Assembly: GCA_963847375.1 (NCBI GenBank)
Contig: CAWJZO010000001.1
Span: 703,986-767,985, forward strand
DNA length: 64,000 bases
Source of the DNA: an uncultured Chloroflexia bacterium
GTDB taxonomy: Bacteria; Chloroflexota; Limnocylindria; QHBO01
Reading direction: 5' to 3'
Under the pieces are notes generated by a model. It saw only the letters and a list, made by a program, of their open reading frames with translations, ran no database searches and was not told where the DNA came from. The position numbers and the translations under genes were made by a program. Below, in pieces: positions 58,453 through 64,000 of this stretch (its first letter is position 1; each line of letters opens with the position of its first letter).

Positions 58453-58710
58453 TCAGGCCGCGGGCTCGAGGGCCTCGAGGAACCAGCGGTGCCCGTCGTA
58501 GGCGATCGCGGCGCGTCCGCCGTCTTCCGTGCGGACCACCATCGTCAGCCGCGGCCCGCGGCCCGCCGGGTACGCGGCGCGCTCGTCGCGGACCGTGTCG
58601 AGGTCGACGACGTGGAGGTGACGGCCGCCGACGCTGACTTCGGAGGGCCGGTTCGCGGCGCGGTCCCAGCGGACGCGAGCCTGGGTCGGGGGTACCTGGA
58701 CGAGTGCCAT
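58453..58710 (-). CDS. small hypothetical protein (85 aa) behind a dual-SOS-box promoter
   Basis: ATG 58710 with GGGAG 9 nt upstream. No TM helix. No family recognised. Confidence 0.5.
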   Translation of the reverse strand: MALVQVPPTQARVRWDRAANRPSEVSVGGRHLHVVDLDTVRDERAAYPAGRGPRLTMVVRTEDGGRAAIAYDGHRWFLEALEPAA

Positions 58711-58750
58711 GTCGTGTGCTCCCAGATTGCTGACGTTCCTGCTCGGGCAC

Positions 58751-58766
58751 TCGAACAGGTGTTCGG
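58751..58766. promoter_or_regulatory. LexA (SOS) box TCGAACAGGTGTTCGG
   Basis: Fits GAAC-N4-GTTC / TCGAAC-N4-GTTCGA. Confidence 0.75.
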
Positions 58767-58783
58767 TTCTGGAGGCGATCATA

Positions 58784-58799
58784 TCGAACGGATGTTCGA
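58784..58799. promoter_or_regulatory. LexA (SOS) box TCGAACGGATGTTCGA
   Basis: Perfect 16-nt palindromic box. A TATGAT -10 hexamer (minus strand, 58778-58783) lies between the two boxes. Confidence 0.8.
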
Positions 58800-58803
58800 C
58801 TCG

Positions 58804-60042
58804 TCAAGCCCCTTCCTCGTCGCCGCTGGATGGCGCTTCGGGCCGCTCGCCGAAGTCGAAGCGGCGATGCGGCGCCTCGCGAAGCAAGCGCGCGCGGGTG
58901 ATCGCGCGCTCTCCGAACCGGCCGCGGACTGCGTCGATCGACTTCGTCAGGCGGTCGGTGCGGTCCGGCGCGTCGAACAGTGTCAGCTGCTGGGCCTCGG
59001 ACAGGTTGATGGCGGTGAGGCCGATCAGCCGCACCCCGCGACCGGCGACGAGGGTCTTGAGCAGGAGGGCGAGCGTGGCGTCGTAGAGGACCCTCGCCTC
59101 GCGCGTCTGGCGAGGCAACGGCGCCTGCCGGGTGAGCGTCTCGAATCCCTCGTACCGCAGCTTGAGCTGGAGCGATCCGGCCGCCAAGTCGTGGCGACGC
59201 AGACGGCGGGCGACCGACTCGGCAAGGTCGAGCAGCGTCGCCTCGAGGCGTCCGACATCTGCCGAGTCGGTGTCGAAGGTGTGCTCGTGGCCGACGCTCT
59301 TCGGCGAGTGGGTCACTTCCACCCGGCCGCGGTCGATCCCGCGGGCACGCGCCGACAGGTCGTCACCGAACCGTCCGAAGCGACGGTGGAGGGTTCCCGA
59401 CGGTGCCGCCGCCAGCTGCCCGATCGTCACGACCCCGTACTCGGCGAGCGCCGCCTGGGCCTGTGGCCCGACCCCCCAGAGCCGACGGATCGGGAGCGGG
59501 GCAAGGAAGGCGGCCTCCTCACCCGGCGGGACGACGACGAGCGCATCGGGCTTGCGTAGGTCCGACGCGACCTTGGCGCACAGCTTGTTCGTCGCCACGC
59601 CGACCGACACGACCAGGCCCACCTCATCGAGCACGCGGCGCTTGATCTGGCGCGCGATCGTCTCGCCGTCGCCGAAGACGGCGGTGCTGGCGGTGACGTC
59701 GAGGAAGGCCTCGTCTAGGCTGATCGGCTCCACCAACGGGGTGTACTCGGCGAAGATCGCCATGACCTCGTCGCTCAGCTCGCGGTAGCGGTCCGGCCGG
59801 CCGGGCACGAAAACCCCGTCGGGGCAGCGGCGCGCGGCCGTCCGAAGCGGCATCGCGGAGAAGACGCCGAAGGCGCGAGCCTCGTACGATGCGGCGCTGA
59901 CGACGCCACGGTCGCCCGGTCGCCCACCGACGATGACCGGCTTACCGCGCAGCGACGGATCGTCGAGCTGCTCGACGCTGGCGTAGAACGCGTCGAGGTC
60001 GGCGTGAATGATCGAGCGCGGCGCCATCGGCCTGGCGCGCAA
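58804..60042 (-). CDS. dinB: DNA polymerase IV (Y family)
   Basis: IIHADLDAFYASVEQ, SLDEAFLDVT and VGVATNKLCAKVASD. Confidence 0.9.
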   Translation of the reverse strand: MRARPMAPRSIIHADLDAFYASVEQLDDPSLRGKPVIVGGRPGDRGVVSAASYEARAFGVFSAMPLRTAARRCPDGVFVPGRPDRYRELSDEVMAIFAEYTPLVEPISLDEAFLDVTASTAVFGDGETIARQIKRRVLDEVGLVVSVGVATNKLCAKVASDLRKPDALVVVPPGEEAAFLAPLPIRRLWGVGPQAQAALAEYGVVTIGQLAAAPSGTLHRRFGRFGDDLSARARGIDRGRVEVTHSPKSVGHEHTFDTDSADVGRLEATLLDLAESVARRLRRHDLAAGSLQLKLRYEGFETLTRQAPLPRQTREARVLYDATLALLLKTLVAGRGVRLIGLTAINLSEAQQLTLFDAPDRTDRLTKSIDAVRGRFGERAITRARLLREAPHRRFDFGERPEAPSSGDEEGA

Positions 60043-60060
60043 ACCCGACTAGGGCAGTGT

Positions 60061-60741
60061 CTAGGCGAGGCGGCGGATGACGCCGACGACCTTGCCCTGG
60101 ATCTGGACCTCGCTGGCGTAGATCGGCTCCATCTCCGCGTTCGCCGGCTGGAGGCGGATCCGATCCTCCTCGCGGAAGAAGCGCTTGAGGGTGACGCCGT
60201 TGTCCTCCAGCAGGGCGACGACGATGTCGCCGTCGCGGGCGGTGGCCTGCGGCTGGACGATGACAAAGTCACCGTCGTCGATGAGCGCGTCGATCATGCT
60301 CTTGCCGCGCACGCGCAGGACATAAGAGTCCTCGCGCGCGTCCATCGAGGCCGGCACCGCCAGGGTCTCGGCCGAGTCCTCGTAGGCCTCGATCGGCTGG
60401 CCGGCGGCGATCTCGCCCATCACCGGCAGGGTCAGCGTCTCGCGCTCGACGGGCATTCGGAACGGGGTGACCTTGGCGCCCTCATCCGGCTGGCTCGGCG
60501 CGGGCTCGCTCGGCACCGGCTGCGGGCGGGTGGTCAGGCGCAGCGCGCGGGAATGCTTGCCACCGCGCTCCAACAGGCCGTCGCGCTCGAGGGCGATGAG
60601 GTGGTGATGGACCGCACTCGTCGAGGCGAGGCCGACGGCGTCGGCGATCTCGCGCACCGAGGGCGGATACCCATGCTCCTCGACCGTACGCGCGATGAAG
60701 TCAACGATCCGCTGGCGACGTTCCATGTCATGCCTGGTCAT
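60061..60741 (-). CDS. lexA: LexA repressor
   Basis: wHTH segment GYPPSVREIADAVGLASTSAVHHHLIALE. Cleavage/peptidase motifs AAG, VRGKSM and TLKRF. Confidence 0.95.
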   Translation of the reverse strand: MTRHDMERRQRIVDFIARTVEEHGYPPSVREIADAVGLASTSAVHHHLIALERDGLLERGGKHSRALRLTTRPQPVPSEPAPSQPDEGAKVTPFRMPVERETLTLPVMGEIAAGQPIEAYEDSAETLAVPASMDAREDSYVLRVRGKSMIDALIDDGDFVIVQPQATARDGDIVVALLEDNGVTLKRFFREEDRIRLQPANAEMEPIYASEVQIQGKVVGVIRRLA

Positions 60742-60749
60742 CGCCGACC

Positions 60750-60779
60750 ACCCTAGCAGAACGGATGTTCTAATGTCAA
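60750..60779 (-). promoter_or_regulatory. lexA promoter TTGACA-N18-TAGGGT with the SOS box AGAACGGATGTTCT (60758-60771) in the spacer
   Basis: Minus strand reads TTGACAttAGAACATCCGTTCTgcTAGGGT, followed by 8 nt and then the ATG. Confidence 0.7.
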
Positions 60780-60844
60780 ACCGATCCGGCGTCTACTGCT
60801 ATCATCCCGCCCCATCACCGAAGTCAGGGCCGGAGGCCTCGCGG

Positions 60845-61333
60845 TTGAAGCTGTCATCCTCGGCGCGCTACCTGCGGTTGGCGCGAATCGTCGTCACGCT
60901 GCCGACCTACGCCCGTCTCGTGTGGGGCATCATGCGCGACCCTCGCACGCCCATCGGCCTCAAGGGCATGCTGGCCGCAGCGCTCGCCTACGTCGTCGTC
61001 CCGGTCGACCTGATCCCGGACGCGATCCCGATCCTCGGCCATGCCGACGACCTGACGGTCCTGCTGCTCGTCCTCGACCTGTTCCTCCAGAACGCCCCGG
61101 CCGAAGTGCGAGCCGAGCACGCGGCGCGGGCACGAAACGGCACCGCCGACCTCGACCGCGACCTTGCCCGGCTGCACGTCCTGCTCGGGGACCGATACGA
61201 ACGCATTCGCGACAACCTGCCCGAGCTGCTGAACCGATACGGACGCATGCGCGACCCCGAGGAGCTGAAGCGCGCCCTGGCAGCGTGGCGGATGCGGCGG
61301 GTGCGGGCCACGACACCGAAGGAGCTCGAATGA
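60845..61333 (+). CDS. DUF1232 (YkvA-like) membrane protein
   Basis: TTG start with GGAGG 9 nt upstream (alternative ATG 60773). Core VVPVDLIPDAIPILGHADDL. Confidence 0.65.
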   Translation: MKLSSSARYLRLARIVVTLPTYARLVWGIMRDPRTPIGLKGMLAAALAYVVVPVDLIPDAIPILGHADDLTVLLLVLDLFLQNAPAEVRAEHAARARNGTADLDRDLARLHVLLGDRYERIRDNLPELLNRYGRMRDPEELKRALAAWRMRRVRATTPKELE

Positions 61334-61779
61334 AGGTCATCCTCAAGCGGGACGTGAAGGGCCTCGGTCGCGAGGGCGACCTCAAGGAGGTCAAGGACGG
61401 CTACGCCCGCAACCATCTCCTGCCCACCGGCGCGGCGGCTCTCGCCGACAAGGGCGCACTCGCCAATTGGGAGCGGCACAAGGATCAGCGCGAGGAACGA
61501 GACCGCTCCGCCCGCGCCGGCGCCGAGGCGACCGCCGAGAAGCTCCGCGAGCTGCACCTCGAGATCCCGGTCAAGGCCGGCGAGCGCGGCCGGCTCTTCG
61601 GCGCGGTGACGTCCCACCAGATCGCCGATGCCATCGCCAAAAACGGCATCGAGCTCGACCGCCATGCGCTCCACCTCCGCGAGCCGATCAAGGCCCTCGG
61701 CGACTACCGGATCGACGTGCGGGTGATGCAGGGCGTCGAGGCCGTCGTCGCGGTCAGCGTGGTGCCGGCCGAGTCATAG
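61330..61779 (+). CDS. rplI: 50S ribosomal protein L9
   Basis: MKVILKRDVKGLGREGDLKEVKDGYARNHLLP. Confidence 0.95.
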   Translation: MKVILKRDVKGLGREGDLKEVKDGYARNHLLPTGAAALADKGALANWERHKDQREERDRSARAGAEATAEKLRELHLEIPVKAGERGRLFGAVTSHQIADAIAKNGIELDRHALHLREPIKALGDYRIDVRVMQGVEAVVAVSVVPAES

Positions 61780-61802
61780 GCCACTGCTCCGGGATGCCAC
61801 AC

Positions 61803-61925
61803 GCTCAGCGACTGTTGTCATGAACTACCGCCCGTCGAGATGGGTCGCGCGCATGAACCATGCCGCTCAGCGACCAGAAGCCGGCACGAGCGACGGTTTG
61901 TTCGCGATAGCGGTCGCTGAGCGAC
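61803..61925. repeat. three copies of the GCTCAGCGAC motif (the third is part of the palindrome GTCGCTGAGCGAC)
   Basis: Copies at 61803-61812, 61865-61874 and 61913-61925. CATGAAC also occurs twice. Confidence 0.3.
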
Positions 61926-61949
61926 CGATTGTCGAGCGGTACGCGCAAG

Positions 61950-62372
61950 ATGCCTGACGTGGAGCCTCGCGAGGCCGCGCGGCTGTGGGCGGAGGCCTGG
62001 AAGGACGGATGGGAGGCGCTCGACCAAGAGCCGATCATGGCCCGCTACGCCTCCGGTGCCGTCCACTTCACCGAGCCCTTCCGTGAGCCCAGCGGCGATG
62101 CCGGCGATGTCCGCGCCTACGTCGAGCAAGTTCTGCGGGAGGAGGAGGATCCGCGCGTCTGGATGGCCGAGCCGATCGTCGACGGCGACCGCGCGGCCAT
62201 CAGCTGGTGGGCAAGCCTCCGCGAGGAGGGCGTCGATGCGACGCTCGCCGGCACCTCGGTCCTGCGCTTCGACGCCGACGGCCTGGTCGTCGAGCAATGG
62301 GACGCGTGGAACCAGCTCGACGAGCGCCGCGAGCCGCACCCGAGGGGCCCGTTCGCGAAGCGCGACACCTGA
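61950..62372 (+). CDS. SnoaL/NTF2-like domain protein
   Basis: …LWAEAWKDGWEALD…RAAISWWASL…GTSVLRFDADGLVVEQWDAWN. Alternative TTG start at 61929. Confidence 0.55.
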   Translation: MPDVEPREAARLWAEAWKDGWEALDQEPIMARYASGAVHFTEPFREPSGDAGDVRAYVEQVLREEEDPRVWMAEPIVDGDRAAISWWASLREEGVDATLAGTSVLRFDADGLVVEQWDAWNQLDERREPHPRGPFAKRDT

Positions 62373-62652
62373 GCTGTCCCATCGGTCGGCGGTAATCGGG
62401 CGGTAAGCCGCCGATAGGTACCCTGAGATGGCGTTTCGCACATCCGGACGCGAGATGTGCACACCGGTGTGGACAGGGTTCGTTGATAAGTCCATTGAGC
62501 CCGCTCGGGCCTACGCGCAGCATGGGCCTGCGCCCGGTCCCCGACGATCCTCACCAACGCGGATCGGCCGGGCGCTCTGCCTGCCCATCACCGGAGTCTG
62601 CCTTGCCATGCCCGCCAGCAGCCTCAACCGCAACCGATAGCCGCGACGACCG

Positions 62653-63999
62653 ATGAGCATCGACAAGCTGGCGCCGCAATCCGTCGAGGCAGAGCAGAGC
62701 GTTCTCGGCTCGATTCTCATCGACGCCGACGCGATCCTGCGCGTTGGAGACTTCCTGAAGCCCGGCGACTTCTACCGCGCCCAGCATGGGGAGATCTACC
62801 AGGCGATGCTGGCCCTCCACGGCCAGCGCGAGCCGATCGACCTCGTCACCCTCGGCGACGAGCTGGGCCGGCGCGACCGGCTCGAGGAGGTCGGCGGACC
62901 GGCGTACCTCACCAGCCTCATGAACTCGGTGCCGACGGCGGTCCACGCCGAGCACTACGGGCGGATCGTCGAGCGCAAGGCGGTGCTGCGCAACCTCATC
63001 GGCGCGGCGGGCAAGATCGCGGCCGTCGGCTACGAAGAGGCCAATGACGCCGAGGTCGCGATCGATCGGGCCGAATCGATCCTCTTCGAGATCAGCCAGC
63101 GTCGGACCGATGGTGGCTTCGAGTCGCTGTCGACGCTGCTCGGCCAGGCGTACGACCGCCTCGAGTACCTCCATGAGCACCGCGGCCAGATTCTCGGCGT
63201 GCCGACCGGGCTCTCGGCGCTCGACGCGCTGCTCGGCGGCCTGCAGCCATCGGACCTCATCATCCTCGCAGCGCGGCCGTCGGTGGGAAAGACGTCGATG
63301 GCGCTCAACATCGGGCAGCACGCAGCCGTCCGCGAGGAGAAGAAGGTTGCCATCTTCAGCCTCGAGATGAGCCGTGAGCAGCTCGCGCTGCGCCTCCTCT
63401 CCGCCGAGACCGGCATCAACCCGCGCCCGCTCCAGACCGGGTTCGTGGACGAGACGGACTGGTCGAAGATCGCGACCGTCATGAACGACATGGCCACGGC
63501 GCCGATGTGGATCGACGACTCGGCGGCACTTTCGGTGATGGAGCTGCGCACGAAGGCGCGGCGCCTCGAGGCCGAGCAGCACGGGCTCGACCTCATCATC
63601 GTCGACTATCTCCAGCTCATGCAGTCGTCGACGCCGAGCAGGGACAACAACCGGGTCCAGGAGGTGTCCGACATCAGTCGCGGCCTGAAGGCCCTCGCCC
63701 GCGAGCTGAAGGTGCCGGTGCTCGCCCTCAGCCAGCTGTCGCGCAACGTCGAGCAGCGCGGATCGGCAGAGCCGCGGCTCTCAGACTTGAGAGAGTCAGG
63801 TTCCCTCGAACAGGACTCGGACGTCGTCGTCTTCCTGTATCGCGATGGCGAGCAAAACGCGGAGGCGGAAGTCGAGCTCGTCAAAGCCAAAGTGGCCAAG
63901 CACCGCAACGGCCCGATCGGCGAGGTGCCGCTCCAGTTCCGCAAGGCGAACACGCGCTTCTACACCGTCGCTGCCCGCGAGGAGATCGCCGCGTACTGA
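62653..63999 (+). CDS. dnaB: replicative DNA helicase
   Basis: PQSVEAEQSVLGSIL, Walker A ARPSVGKTS, Walker B IIVDYLQLM, and SQLSR and RESGSLEQD. No intein. Confidence 0.95.
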   Translation: MSIDKLAPQSVEAEQSVLGSILIDADAILRVGDFLKPGDFYRAQHGEIYQAMLALHGQREPIDLVTLGDELGRRDRLEEVGGPAYLTSLMNSVPTAVHAEHYGRIVERKAVLRNLIGAAGKIAAVGYEEANDAEVAIDRAESILFEISQRRTDGGFESLSTLLGQAYDRLEYLHEHRGQILGVPTGLSALDALLGGLQPSDLIILAARPSVGKTSMALNIGQHAAVREEKKVAIFSLEMSREQLALRLLSAETGINPRPLQTGFVDETDWSKIATVMNDMATAPMWIDDSAALSVMELRTKARRLEAEQHGLDLIIVDYLQLMQSSTPSRDNNRVQEVSDISRGLKALARELKVPVLALSQLSRNVEQRGSAEPRLSDLRESGSLEQDSDVVVFLYRDGEQNAEAEVELVKAKVAKHRNGPIGEVPLQFRKANTRFYTVAAREEIAAY

Positions 64000-64000
64000 C

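Noticed and set aside
62372-62652. Replication origin next to dnaB.
   Set aside because: Only one or two weak DnaA-box-like sites are present. There is no AT-rich unwinding element and no dnaA/dnaN. rplI-dnaB is not the usual oriC neighbourhood.

Overview
High-GC (about 70%), densely coded chromosomal segment. I recognised no rRNA, tRNA, CRISPR array, transposase or integrase. All calls rest on motifs read by eye from the translations; no database search was run, and start codons and motif coordinates may be off by a few nt.

Content is mostly housekeeping and catabolic:
- Core genes: MCCase-beta, thyX, fumC, pyrD, argS, rsmI, tgt, folD, rplI, dnaB, lexA-dinB.
- Histidine degradation through the formimino-THF branch: hutH, hutU, glutamate formiminotransferase, cyclodeaminase, folD.
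- Threonine degradation: tdh and kbl.
- Three aldehyde dehydrogenases plus gabT.
- An FMN riboswitch in front of a three-gene NitT/TauT-type ABC importer.
- A histidine kinase / NarL-type regulator operon.
- An ECF sigma factor next to a (Gly-Asp)n repeat surface protein.

Most notable observations:
1. A translationally coupled rsmI / Sgm-ArmA-Rmt-type 16S rRNA methyltransferase (m7G1405 family) / divergent-tgt operon.
2. A dispersed, structured intergenic repeat family of about 150 nt with at least 5 copies. Copies bracket one aldehyde dehydrogenase gene and split tdh from kbl.
3. Three genes each disrupted by a single extra nucleotide: a membrane PAS-GGDEF protein, an aldehyde dehydrogenase and a SAM methyltransferase.
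4. A three-box DnaA-box cluster upstream of thyX.
5. A small unknown ORF behind a dual-SOS-box promoter downstream of lexA-dinB, and a DUF1232 membrane gene divergent from lexA.
6. Widespread leaderless-type promoters, with a TANNNT hexamer 6-8 nt before the start codon.

I found nothing that is clearly a new multi-gene system. The candidates above are hypotheses to test.
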